DNA of 64,000 bases from an uncultured Pelagibacteraceae bacterium (lineage in GTDB: Bacteria > Pseudomonadota > Alphaproteobacteria > Pelagibacterales > AG-422-B15), in assembly GCA_902580665.1 (NCBI GenBank), contig CACHLP010000002.1, positions 6,337-70,336 on the forward strand. Reading direction: 5' to 3'. Both the position numbers and the translations under genes were made by a program. A model generated the notes under the pieces. The model had not been told where the DNA came from. It saw only the letters and a program-made list of their open reading frames with translations, and searched no databases. Below, piece after piece: positions 49,351 to 58,458 of this stretch (position 1 is the first letter of the stretch; each line of letters starts with the position of its first letter).

Positions 49351-50211
49351 CTAATCTAATTTAATTTCTCCGTCATTATCATTTACAAAGAAGTCTGGAA
49401 ATGGCTCAGCATCAGGTGTTGCTAAATATTCTGATAAATCTGACTTACCTGAGTGTATTAATGTACTGTCATCAACACACATATTTCCTGTAAACTTTTT
49501 AGAGTCTTGAGTTAAAATAATATAAGCAGCATCCCCCATAATAGCTGGAGTTCTGCACTTACTTTTGCCCTGATCATCCATTGATGCAGCTAATATATTA
49601 TTTACAGCAGCGGTATCGATCATAGTTCTTGGCCATAATGAATTTACTGCAATACCAGCAGACTTTAACTCTTCTGACATGCCAAGAGTGCACATGCTCA
49701 TCCCATATTTCGCCATAGTATAAGCAACGTGTGGACTGAACCATTGACTCTGCATATTTAATGGTGGACCTAGATTTAATATATGAGGGTTATTCCCTTT
49801 TTTTAAATGTGGAATACATGATTTTGAAACCATAAACGTTCCACGTGTATTAATATTATGCATCAAATCATACTTTTTCATGTCCGTGTTTAAAGTTGGC
49901 GTAAGGCTAATAGCGCTTGCATTGTTAATACAGATATCAATTCCACCAAAAGTCTCTACTGTTTTATCTACCGCAGCAATAACTTGATCTTCAAATCTAA
50001 TATCAGTTTTTATTCCAATTGCATTACCACCTGCTTTAATGAGATCCTCAGCAGCTGTATGAATAGTTCCAGGCAATTTTGGATGAGGTTCAGTTGTTTT
50101 TGCAATGATTGCAATATTGGCGCCATCTTTGGCGGCTTTTTGAGCGATCGCATAACCAATCCCACGAGTAGCACCGGTAATGAAAAGAGTTTTTCCTTTT
50201 AAGTCAGCCAT
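49351..50211 (-). CDS. SDR-family oxidoreductase, HSDL2-like
   Basis: The start is chosen at MADLKGKTLFITGATRGIG (ATG 50211), preceded by AGGAG. There are long colinear matches to the HSDL2 SDR domain as I recall it (AKTTEPHPKLPGTIHTAAEDL, NNASAISLT, AYTMAKYGMSMCTLGMSEE, FTGNMCVDD, PFPDFFV). Confidence 0.85.
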   Translation of the reverse strand: MADLKGKTLFITGATRGIGYAIAQKAAKDGANIAIIAKTTEPHPKLPGTIHTAAEDLIKAGGNAIGIKTDIRFEDQVIAAVDKTVETFGGIDICINNASAISLTPTLNTDMKKYDLMHNINTRGTFMVSKSCIPHLKKGNNPHILNLGPPLNMQSQWFSPHVAYTMAKYGMSMCTLGMSEELKSAGIAVNSLWPRTMIDTAAVNNILAASMDDQGKSKCRTPAIMGDAAYIILTQDSKKFTGNMCVDDSTLIHSGKSDLSEYLATPDAEPFPDFFVNDNDGEIKLD

Positions 50212-50304
50212 AAGTTCTCCTATCTTTAATAAAAGGTATAAAAATTCATCATAAATAATTAACAAAACTAGTACATAATTAAATTTTTAAAAGGAGAAAA
50301 TATT

Positions 50305-50631
50305 ATGAGTAGATTTTACGTATTGGGCAGTTATTCAGGTATTGCTCTTGAAGGCTTCATGAAGAAGCCTGAGGATGATCGTAAAAGCGCTGTCAATAAA
50401 TTGGTCGAAGGAATGGGTGGTAAGGTTTTCATGTTTGATATAGTAAGAGGCACACACGATATAATTGTTGGAATTGAGGGTATTGATTTTGACTCAATCG
50501 CGAGTGTAAAAATTGCAATTTTATCAACTGGAGTCATGAATAATATGGAAATCTTAGAAGCAGTTGACATTTCAAAAATTGTATCAAATGCAGGCAAGGC
50601 TCTTAGCAATTATTCAAAACCAGGAGAATAG
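50305..50631 (+). CDS. GYD-domain-like small protein
   Basis: 108 aa with AGGAG 8 nt upstream. The pattern fits GYD-family proteins: N-terminal YVLGSYS...EG, central G..D (RGTHDIIVGIEG) and a C-terminal beta strand. This assignment comes from memory of the family only. Confidence 0.5.
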   Translation: MSRFYVLGSYSGIALEGFMKKPEDDRKSAVNKLVEGMGGKVFMFDIVRGTHDIIVGIEGIDFDSIASVKIAILSTGVMNNMEILEAVDISKIVSNAGKALSNYSKPGE

Positions 50632-50633
50632 AA

Positions 50634-50921
50634 ATGGCAACAGTAGTAACAGCAAAGTTTTTTCCCAAGCCAGATAAGGCTGAGGAAATGAATGATTGGT
50701 TTAAAAATAATTTATCTGACACCAAAGCTTATGAAGGTTGTCAACTTATTAAAGGTGGATACAACAAGGATACAAACGAAGTTATACTATATGAAGTTTG
50801 GGATAGTAAGGAAGCGCATCAAAAATATGTTAATTGGAGGGTTGAAATAGGTGATATTCCAAAGCTTGTTGAGTCTTCTACCAAAGAGCCTGAGATTATC
50901 TATCACGAAGAAGTTTATTAA
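50634..50921 (+). CDS. ABM-domain (antibiotic biosynthesis monooxygenase-like) protein
   Basis: 95 aa with AGGAG upstream. It has the typical ABM pattern: VVTAKFFPKPDK...C..I....D.....ILYEVWDSKEAHQKYVNWR. Confidence 0.7.
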   Translation: MATVVTAKFFPKPDKAEEMNDWFKNNLSDTKAYEGCQLIKGGYNKDTNEVILYEVWDSKEAHQKYVNWRVEIGDIPKLVESSTKEPEIIYHEEVY

Positions 50922-50941
50922 TTAAAAAAAAGGAGAAAAAA

Positions 50942-51322
50942 ATGGAAGCAAAAGAAGTAGTTCAAAAAGGATATGACCTGTTTGGTGCAGGAGATATGGA
51001 AGCATTTTTTAATGATGTAGTCCACGATCATATAACATGGACTTTTCCTGGCGATAAAGATAAACATCCATTAGCTGGAGTGCATGAGGGAAAAGAAAAT
51101 TTCATAGCAAACATGATGAAAATATCAGAATACTGGAATAATTTTATGGTTAAACCAGTATCAATGATAAGCGAAGGCAATAAAGTTTTTGTAATTGTAA
51201 AAGGAACAGCCGAAGGTATGGACACAATGTTTGGCCACTATTTTGAAGTGGAAGATGAACGAATGAAAGTCATGATGACTTTTGATGATACTTTAACTGC
51301 ATACAACGCGATGACAAAATAA
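50942..51322 (+). CDS. SnoaL/NTF2-like (ketosteroid-isomerase-fold) protein
   Basis: 126 aa with AGGAG upstream. It has the N-terminal helix pattern VVQKGYDLFGAGDMEAFFNDVVHDHITWTFPG and a later GNKVFVIVKGTAEG...HYFEVEDERMKVM, typical of SnoaL-like proteins. Confidence 0.7.
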   Translation: MEAKEVVQKGYDLFGAGDMEAFFNDVVHDHITWTFPGDKDKHPLAGVHEGKENFIANMMKISEYWNNFMVKPVSMISEGNKVFVIVKGTAEGMDTMFGHYFEVEDERMKVMMTFDDTLTAYNAMTK

Positions 51323-51344
51323 TCACTCAGAAAGGACTAGAAGC

Positions 51345-51722
51345 ATGACAACTAACAAATCACAATATACCATAACTACCCAATGGATTATTCCAGAAGA
51401 TAAAAAATCAGAAGTTGAAAGTTTCTTTGCTGAGCATGAAGTGTGGATGAGAGAAACTCATAATCTTTCTGGCGACGAAGAGCCACGGATTGTTGATTAT
51501 TCTGTTTCTAAGGCACCTCAATACATTGATAATGACTTAGAAAAAGGACCTTCAGGAAAAACAATTTATTCTTTGCATGAAGTATATATGACTGAGCAAG
51601 GAGGCATGAAACATTTTGAACTATGGCAGTCACATCCTGCCGCAGAAAAGATGGCAAGTATGGCTGAATATCAAACGGAAATGTCGTTTAATGCAGAAGT
51701 AATTGCATCAATGGAATCATAA
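51345..51722 (+). CDS. hypothetical small protein (possible ferredoxin-like alpha+beta fold)
   Basis: 125 aa with AAGGA upstream. I recognise no family. Two segments resemble ABM half-motifs (YTITTQWIIPEDKKSEVESFFAEH; IYSLHEVYMTEQGGMKHFELWQSHP). Confidence 0.6.
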   Translation: MTTNKSQYTITTQWIIPEDKKSEVESFFAEHEVWMRETHNLSGDEEPRIVDYSVSKAPQYIDNDLEKGPSGKTIYSLHEVYMTEQGGMKHFELWQSHPAAEKMASMAEYQTEMSFNAEVIASMES

Positions 51723-51737
51723 GGAGTAAAATAAAAT

Positions 51738-52031
51738 ATGTATGTAATGTTAACTCAAAAGCTATCAAAAGGCTTTAAATCTTGGAAAGCAATGGCAGAA
51801 GCTAATGCAGAAAAAATAAAAGGCTTTAGAGGAAAAGTACTTTATGCAGGAGCTCACGCAGATGATGATAATTCTATGGTTGTTATCATGCATTATGAGA
51901 GCAAGGACGGTTTAATGGCTTTTAAAAATGATGAAGAACTCACAAAAGCTCGTCAAGAAGCTGGAGCTCTAACAGAGACAACGGTAATGACAATTTTGTC
52001 AGACGATGCGCTAACGGACTTTCCTAATTAA
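51738..52031 (+). CDS. hypothetical small protein (possible ABM/Dabb-like fold)
   Basis: 97 aa with AGGAG upstream. The segment VVIMHYESKDGLMAFKNDEELTKARQEAG resembles the ABM beta-alpha signature. Confidence 0.6.
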   Translation: MYVMLTQKLSKGFKSWKAMAEANAEKIKGFRGKVLYAGAHADDDNSMVVIMHYESKDGLMAFKNDEELTKARQEAGALTETTVMTILSDDALTDFPN

Positions 52032-52038
52032 TCAATTT

Positions 52039-52266
52039 CTAACTGGCTGTAAGTTGATACGAAGTATCTTCATTGCAGCCAATTCCTATTGATTTTCCAT
52101 AATTAATTATTTCTTGTTCTGAATACTTTTCTCTATCTAAGTTATCCAAAACAATCATATTCTTATCAATACATGTTTTGTGAGGAGATGGAAAAAGTGT
52201 TGTGAAAAAAATGGCAAAAACAAACAAAAAAAATGCCGCAGGAACCAAGCCGTATCGATTTATCAT
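52039..52266 (-). CDS. small membrane-anchored protein, hypothetical
   Basis: 75 aa with an N-terminal TM (LVPAAFFLFVFAIFFTTLF) and a soluble tail with two Cys. Its ATG overlaps the stop of the upstream DUF1192 gene (ATGA). Confidence 0.5.
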   Translation of the reverse strand: MINRYGLVPAAFFLFVFAIFFTTLFPSPHKTCIDKNMIVLDNLDREKYSEQEIINYGKSIGIGCNEDTSYQLTAS

Positions 52267-52460
52267 TTTTTGAATAATTCCTCGGCGTTAATTCGATCTT
52301 TGCCCTTTGATGAAATATAACTCTTTGCTTTTTCAATTTCTTTTTCAAGGTTGGCAATATATTCACGTAATTCTTCGATACTCATGGCACCAAAATCAAC
52401 TTCGTTTGGCTTAAATATTGGCTCTAAATCATCTGTATCCATACAATAGAAGTGTTCCAT
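52263..52460 (-). CDS. DUF1192-like coiled-coil protein
   Basis: 65 aa from ATG 52460. The segment MSIEELREYIANLEKEIEKAKSYISSKGKDRINAEELFKK matches the alphaproteobacterial DUF1192 pattern as I recall it. The track start at 52469 is a TTG. Confidence 0.6.
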   Translation of the reverse strand: MEHFYCMDTDDLEPIFKPNEVDFGAMSIEELREYIANLEKEIEKAKSYISSKGKDRINAEELFKK

Positions 52461-52484
52461 TTTTTTCAAGAGTTGTTAAGATAA

Positions 52485-53588
52485 ATGATGACTAATGAGG
52501 TTAAATTTTTTGACAACAGACAACGTTACCTTTTGTTTGTAACAACTACTAACGAGAAAGCTGTTATTTCGGAGAAGTTATCGCACTTAATTAATGAACT
52601 TAAGCCTTCAAAACCAGCTTTAAAAATATTTGATGCCGGTGTTGGAGATGGGGCAGTACTAATGAATGTGTTACGTATTTGTCATCAGAAATTTCCAACT
52701 ATACCTATCTATGTATCTTGCAAGGACGTAAGTATGGAAGATGCTAGACTTACAATTGAAAAACTTGCAGACCGTTTTGTGGAACATCCAAATATGGTTT
52801 TTACAATTTCAAATTTACATTACTCAGAGGCTGGTTATTTAAAGTCTAATAATGCTGATAAGCAAAAGAATATGAACTGGAGCAATATCTCTCTTGAAGG
52901 CGACTCATCATTTGGGTTCTATCAGCAATTGAGGCAGCTTGGTCCTTTGCTAAAAGAAAATTGGAGAGTTGAAGAAAATAAGGCTGGAAACACAACATAT
53001 GAAAAACCAGCAGTTCTGACAATTTATAGAAAAGACCAAGAATTTTCTCTAGAGCAGGTAATACCAAATATTGAAAAATCAATTAATGAGTTTGATTTAG
53101 TCATCGTATCTCAAGCATATAGGTCGCGCGCTTCAGTAGAAAAGAAAGTAAAGTCAGTGATTATGCCAATGACCGATATCTTGGCACCAAATGGAAAACT
53201 AGCAGTATTTCATTCTTACGGTGGAGATCCAGGGATGAAAGCAATCAATGAGTTATGGCCAGAGGAAGAACCTTTTCCAAATAAGGGCCATGATATGATT
53301 CAATATATGAAAAATAATTTGAACGATGAAGTAAAAAACCCAATCCAATTTAGAGATCCTGAAATCTTTAAATACAAATTAAGGTCTCAGCCAAATGAAA
53401 TAAACAGTGGCATTTCAACCTCTTTAGTATTCTCTGCGTGGAACGCTTGTACTTATGTTGCCCAAATAAGTGATCAGATGGTAAAAGAAAAAGAAGCTGA
53501 TCAAAGTTATATTGAGTGTGTTGAAAAAGTAATTCGAGATAATGATGGGCTCTGGTTTTATGATGAAATGCTTATTGCCGAACGTTAA
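52485..53588 (+). CDS. hypothetical protein with class I SAM-methyltransferase-like motif I
   Basis: 367 aa. LKIFDAGVGDGAVLMNVL resembles SAM-binding motif I (hhDxGxGxG). I cannot place the rest of the protein. Confidence 0.55.
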   Translation: MMTNEVKFFDNRQRYLLFVTTTNEKAVISEKLSHLINELKPSKPALKIFDAGVGDGAVLMNVLRICHQKFPTIPIYVSCKDVSMEDARLTIEKLADRFVEHPNMVFTISNLHYSEAGYLKSNNADKQKNMNWSNISLEGDSSFGFYQQLRQLGPLLKENWRVEENKAGNTTYEKPAVLTIYRKDQEFSLEQVIPNIEKSINEFDLVIVSQAYRSRASVEKKVKSVIMPMTDILAPNGKLAVFHSYGGDPGMKAINELWPEEEPFPNKGHDMIQYMKNNLNDEVKNPIQFRDPEIFKYKLRSQPNEINSGISTSLVFSAWNACTYVAQISDQMVKEKEADQSYIECVEKVIRDNDGLWFYDEMLIAER

Positions 53589-53628
53589 TATTCATTGAAT
53601 TTTTAGTTTTTAATTTATATCAATTAAT

Positions 53629-54141
53629 ATGTTAGCTTCTTTAATTGTGGGCGCAGGCTGTTTTTGGGGTGTTGAAGCACTTTATGAAGACATGCCAGGG
53701 GTATTAAATGCTACGTCAGGCTATGCTGGAGGAACACTTGAGTATCCACGTTATGAAGATGTATTAACTGGGGAAACGGGCCATGTAGAAGTCGTAAAGA
53801 TAGACTATGACACAAGTAAAGTGACTTTTGATACACTTATTGATGCTTTCTTTATTATGCATGATCCAACAACATTAAATCGTCAAGGTCCAGATATTGG
53901 TGAGCAATATAAATCAATAATTTTTTATAATAATGATGAACAAAAAAATATTATAACAAATAAAATTAAACTAATTGACGCAATGGATATCCATGAAAAT
54001 CCTGTAGTTACCGAAATAAGAGAGACTGCTAAATTCTATCCTGCAGAAGACTATCACCAAGATTATGCCATGAAGACAGGGAAACTTTGTTATCAACAAA
54101 TGTATGTAAGATACAACTACACACCTTTACCAACTAATTAA
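53629..54141 (+). CDS. msrA: methionine-S-sulfoxide reductase MsrA
   Basis: 170 aa with the catalytic motif GAGCFWGVEA at the N-terminus, plus GHVEVVKIDYD and HDPTTLNRQGPDIGEQYKS. Confidence 0.95.
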   Translation: MLASLIVGAGCFWGVEALYEDMPGVLNATSGYAGGTLEYPRYEDVLTGETGHVEVVKIDYDTSKVTFDTLIDAFFIMHDPTTLNRQGPDIGEQYKSIIFYNNDEQKNIITNKIKLIDAMDIHENPVVTEIRETAKFYPAEDYHQDYAMKTGKLCYQQMYVRYNYTPLPTN

Positions 54142-54145
54142 TTGA

Positions 54146-55036
54146 TTACTTTACAGCAAAAGTAGGTAATTGTGGGTTATCGACTGTAGGAATTACATAT
54201 CGACTTCTGGCAATATCAAGACACTTTTCATTATTGTGATTATAGTAATTTGTACTTTTATAATCTAGGTATTTTGCCTTATCATACGTAACATTACTTT
54301 GTACGCTGTACATAATATCACCTGGTATGGCTATGTGACCTCCAATTCTATCATTAATTGTGCCTTCACTATCAAAAACTAAATGATCTTCTGCACACTG
54401 TGGTACAGCTCCTAGTACGTGTAAAATTTCATGGAGAGCTGCTTTTGCTGTTTCATTGAATTCAGGTTTAAAACCTCCGTTGTTATCAATACAAGAACCA
54501 CTTCTTTTACCAGGATAATAAAGGGCTGCAGTATTTGCAATTATTCCCTCAGATGCGTAACTTGGCAATTGTGATGAAGCACAGACATCTCTGTTAGATC
54601 CACCGTAAATAATGAAATAAACTTTTTTTGGATCATTAAAACCATGAGAGCTTATAGCTTGCTGAAGTACATTTACGGCTTGAATACCTTCTTTTGAAAT
54701 TTCGTTATCTTCTTTTTTAAGTCTTAAAAAAGTAATATCTATCTTACCGTCTTCTTTACGATCAAATTTTAAATTCTGTCCATGAACATATAATCTATCT
54801 TTTGTTTTTGAATTAAACCATTTATCAATTTGATAAAGCAACATACTTATTTTGCTGTTTAGATCATACTCTTTATCCACTCCATCAATTGGTATGACGT
54901 ACATTACGTGGATATTATAACCATCACCAATATCTTCTAAATCAACAAAGTTTCGTCCTATCTTTTCATCTGATGAATACACATTTGCTGTAAGAAAAAA
55001 CAAGACAATAATTGAATATTTTATAAATATCTTCAT
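54146..55036 (-). CDS. secreted protein with HExxH zinc-protease-like motif, hypothetical
   Basis: 296 aa with a signal peptide (MKIFIKYSIIVLFFLTANVYS), HEILHVLG, and a downstream GDIMY that could be a Met-turn. It has several Cys. Confidence 0.55.
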   Translation of the reverse strand: MKIFIKYSIIVLFFLTANVYSSDEKIGRNFVDLEDIGDGYNIHVMYVIPIDGVDKEYDLNSKISMLLYQIDKWFNSKTKDRLYVHGQNLKFDRKEDGKIDITFLRLKKEDNEISKEGIQAVNVLQQAISSHGFNDPKKVYFIIYGGSNRDVCASSQLPSYASEGIIANTAALYYPGKRSGSCIDNNGGFKPEFNETAKAALHEILHVLGAVPQCAEDHLVFDSEGTINDRIGGHIAIPGDIMYSVQSNVTYDKAKYLDYKSTNYYNHNNEKCLDIARSRYVIPTVDNPQLPTFAVK

Positions 55037-55068
55037 TTAGTTAAATCTGTTAACCTTATTTATATAAA

Positions 55069-56139
55069 ATGAAAAAATTAATTGTTAATCCTTTTTTTCA
55101 AAAAGGTTTTCCCTCAGAAAATGGGAAAGATCCAGTCAGCACAGATGTTGAAGCAGTAAGAAAATTATTGGCTATGTGCCCGGTTGCTGCTGAAACACCT
55201 CTAATTAATTCAGATTCTTTGGCAAAAAGTTTAGGAATTAATAAACTCTGGCTAAAAGATGAAAGAAATCGGATGGGCCTAGGAAGTTTCAAGGCTTTAG
55301 GCGCTACTTTTGTTATTGCATCTCATGCCGCCAATAAAGTTGCAAAGGAAAGAACAGATTATGACTGGAAAAAAAGTTTATCTGGAGAAACGTATGTATC
55401 GGCTAGCGCGGGTAACCACGGTCTATCTCTAGCTGCGGGTGCACGAATATTTGGAGCTAAGGCAGTTATTTACCTTTCAAAAAATGTTCCTTCTACATTT
55501 GCTGATAGAATTCGAAGCTACGGAGCTGATGTTGTTATTCATGGTGATGATTATGAAGAAAGCCTGCAGGGAGCACAAAGTGCAGCCGAAGAAAATAATT
55601 GGTTTCTTTTATCTGATGTGACTTGGGATGGCTATGATTATGGTCTACAAGTTATGCAGGGATATCTAGTTTTAGCCGCAGAGGCATATGACAGATGTTT
55701 AGAAATGCCTACACATATATTTTTACAGGCAGGCGTTGGGGGCTTTCCAGCATCCATGGCAACTTTAGCGCGTAAATACTTTGGAGAAAAACCAAAAATA
55801 ATTATTGTTGAACCAACAAAGGCTCCAGTATTACAAGAGTCAATAAATGCAGGAAAAGCGACTACCGTAACGGGAGGTGTTTCTAATATGGGAAGACTTG
55901 ACTGTAAAAGTCCATCATTAAAAGCTCTTTCCTCATTAGCTATAACCTGTACTCATTTTATAACGATTGAAGATGAAGATGCAGAAAACTCACTCAGCGA
56001 TTTAGACGAGAATGATTTAACAACAACGCCATCAGGAGGTGCTGGGTATGCGGCGATTGCAGTTGCTCAAAAATATGATGAATGTGGGATTGATAAAGAC
56101 AGCAAAATATTAGTTTTTTTGACTGAAAAGCAAGATTAA
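55069..56139 (+). CDS. PLP-dependent enzyme, diaminopropionate ammonia-lyase-like
   Basis: 356 aa. It has WLKDERNRMGLGSFKALGA (PLP-lysine context typical of DpaL/YgeX), SAGNHG and a glycine-rich phosphate loop (QAGVGGF). Confidence 0.7.
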   Translation: MKKLIVNPFFQKGFPSENGKDPVSTDVEAVRKLLAMCPVAAETPLINSDSLAKSLGINKLWLKDERNRMGLGSFKALGATFVIASHAANKVAKERTDYDWKKSLSGETYVSASAGNHGLSLAAGARIFGAKAVIYLSKNVPSTFADRIRSYGADVVIHGDDYEESLQGAQSAAEENNWFLLSDVTWDGYDYGLQVMQGYLVLAAEAYDRCLEMPTHIFLQAGVGGFPASMATLARKYFGEKPKIIIVEPTKAPVLQESINAGKATTVTGGVSNMGRLDCKSPSLKALSSLAITCTHFITIEDEDAENSLSDLDENDLTTTPSGGAGYAAIAVAQKYDECGIDKDSKILVFLTEKQD

Positions 56140-56183
56140 TTTTTATTATTGATAAAATCCCAAAGTCATTATTTAATTTCCGC

Positions 56184-57368
56184 ATGATTACTAAAAGTCT
56201 TCTTGGGAATATTATCAAGGTTGGCAACTTAACCTGGATCAGCTCTAATGGTGAATTAAATACTTACGGTGATGGCTCAGGAGAGCCAATACGCATCCGC
56301 ACAACAAATAGTTTTTCGGAACTAAAACTTCTTATGAATCCCTCTGTTCATTTTGGTGAAAGTTATATGAATGGCTCCCTAATTGTTGAAGAGGGTCGAA
56401 TACATGATTTTCTAAAACTTATTTTCTTGAATACCACTAGTGAGATTGATCATTGGGTCATGAAATTATCTAAAATCGTAAGAATTATACAAAACAAAAT
56501 CAGAACGAGTAACTATATTTCTAAGTCGAAACATAATGTTGCTCATCATTATGACTTATCTGATAAATTATATGATTTGTTTCTAGATCCAGACAGACAA
56601 TATTCCTGTGCATATTTTAATTCACCAAATGATACTTTGGAGCAAGCGCAAATTAATAAAAAGGAATTGATATCAAAAAAATTACTCTTAGAAGAAGGGC
56701 AATCAGTATTAGACATAGGATGTGGATGGGGCGGTATGGCTTCGCATATTTATAAAAAATCTAATGCCAATGTAGTAGGGGTTACTCTATCAGAAGAGCA
56801 AATTGCATATGCTAAGCAAAGAAAAATTGATGAAAAGCTTGATAAAGTTGAATACAGACTGCAAGACTATCGAAACGTAAATGAAACTTATGATCGTATC
56901 GTATCAGTTGGAATGTTTGAGCATGTTGGCACCGCTCATTATCAAGAGTTTTTCAATAAAGTTCATGATTTACTTAATGATACTGGAGTAGCCTTAATTC
57001 ATACAATTGGAAGACTAACAGAACCTACAAATAACGATCCTTGGATTGAAAAATATATTTTTCCGGGAGGATATATTCCTGCATTAAGCGAAACAATGTC
57101 TCGTGTAGAAAAATCTAAATTATCATTAACTGATGTCCAAGTATTAAAATTTCATTACGCAGAAACGCTTAAGCGATGGCGTTACAATTTCTATGATAAT
57201 ATAGACAAAGTTAAAGAACTGTATGATGAAAAATTTTGTCGCATGTGGGACTTCTACCTGTCATCTTCCCAAGCATCGTTCGAGGAGTCTGGATTAGTTG
57301 TATTTCAATTGCAGTTATCAAAAAGTAAGAAATCTGTACCTGATAAAAGAGATTATATGATTGAATAG
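56184..57368 (+). CDS. cfa: cyclopropane-fatty-acyl-phospholipid synthase family methyltransferase
   Basis: 394 aa with the SAM motif VLDIGCGWGGMA and the CFA-synthase pattern HYDLSDKLYDLFLDPDRQYSCAYF...GMFEHVG...IFPGGYIPAL. Confidence 0.85.
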   Translation: MITKSLLGNIIKVGNLTWISSNGELNTYGDGSGEPIRIRTTNSFSELKLLMNPSVHFGESYMNGSLIVEEGRIHDFLKLIFLNTTSEIDHWVMKLSKIVRIIQNKIRTSNYISKSKHNVAHHYDLSDKLYDLFLDPDRQYSCAYFNSPNDTLEQAQINKKELISKKLLLEEGQSVLDIGCGWGGMASHIYKKSNANVVGVTLSEEQIAYAKQRKIDEKLDKVEYRLQDYRNVNETYDRIVSVGMFEHVGTAHYQEFFNKVHDLLNDTGVALIHTIGRLTEPTNNDPWIEKYIFPGGYIPALSETMSRVEKSKLSLTDVQVLKFHYAETLKRWRYNFYDNIDKVKELYDEKFCRMWDFYLSSSQASFEESGLVVFQLQLSKSKKSVPDKRDYMIE

Positions 57369-57560
57369 TCGCCTAAAAATAGACGACTATCAAGTTTCAT
57401 ATTCTAATCGTTAAAAAAAATTCCAGCATCAGTGATGTTGCTATGAGGTACCACGTTCGCCAACACAAAGAATAATACTTTAGATGGCATTATAAAGAGT
57501 GCAAATGAAGCTGCCGATGTTGCTAAAATTTTAATCAACTTATTACTATTTCCCCTTTTT

Positions 57561-58280
57561 TTAATTTGCGATAACCATGTTCATTCCAGCATCAACTTGC
57601 TCAACAAACGGTCTAATATTTCTGTAAAACCAGATTTGAGAATCTAAATCAAAATTATCTAAATCCGCACCCATATCTGCCATTGTATCATTACTTAAAA
57701 ACATCATATGTGTTGTCTTGCCTAATGATGCAGGACATATCGAACAACTAAGAATTCCTAAATCCCCTTTTGTTCCATTTTCCTTCATTAACCCAGGCAA
57801 TTGCTGAACTCGATTTAAGAAATTTAAAAAATCAGTTACTTCAAGCATTACAAACCAATTTGTATTGCCGACTGACGCTTTTTCATATTCTATATCTGCA
57901 CCTGGCGGGGTTTCCATGACTGCATTGATAACATTATCTGTATCAATATTGAAATTATCATCAAACCACTTACTATTCATTGCAAACAGTGCATTCGTGT
58001 CTAGCATATCTTGGTAGTTTTCGTATACGACACCAAAAAGCATTTGTTCATTGTAGTTATCACCTTTGATTTTCATCTGTAGAGTGAAATCCATCCATTT
58101 TGCACCTCCAGATTCTGCAGAATTTTTGAACTTCTCAAATCCCTCAATCATTTGTGTTCTTTTTTCTGGGGTATCTATTCCAGATACTGAATAAAAGTCC
58201 AGAACTAACGCATGACTAGAAGTCAAATAGAACATAGCCAGGGATGCTAATGCTGCTAATTTAATTATTGTATTTTTCAT
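57561..58280 (-). CDS. secreted hypothetical protein
   Basis: The start is chosen at MKNTIIKLAALASLAMFYLTSSHA (signal peptide), preceded by GGAG. The track start is 12 nt upstream. I recognise no family. Confidence 0.6.
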   Translation of the reverse strand: MKNTIIKLAALASLAMFYLTSSHALVLDFYSVSGIDTPEKRTQMIEGFEKFKNSAESGGAKWMDFTLQMKIKGDNYNEQMLFGVVYENYQDMLDTNALFAMNSKWFDDNFNIDTDNVINAVMETPPGADIEYEKASVGNTNWFVMLEVTDFLNFLNRVQQLPGLMKENGTKGDLGILSCSICPASLGKTTHMMFLSNDTMADMGADLDNFDLDSQIWFYRNIRPFVEQVDAGMNMVIAN

Positions 58281-58458
58281 AATAAACTCCATTTTTTTTT
58301 AAAAATTGTATGTTAATAAAGTAAGAAAGAAACTATAGATATTAGTGTTAAACTTTATTAACTTATTAGAAATAATATATAAAGTATTGAAATCATTGTA
58401 TAAAAAAATTGACTATGAAAATAATAATTAAATTCTTATATAGTAATAGAAAACTGTT

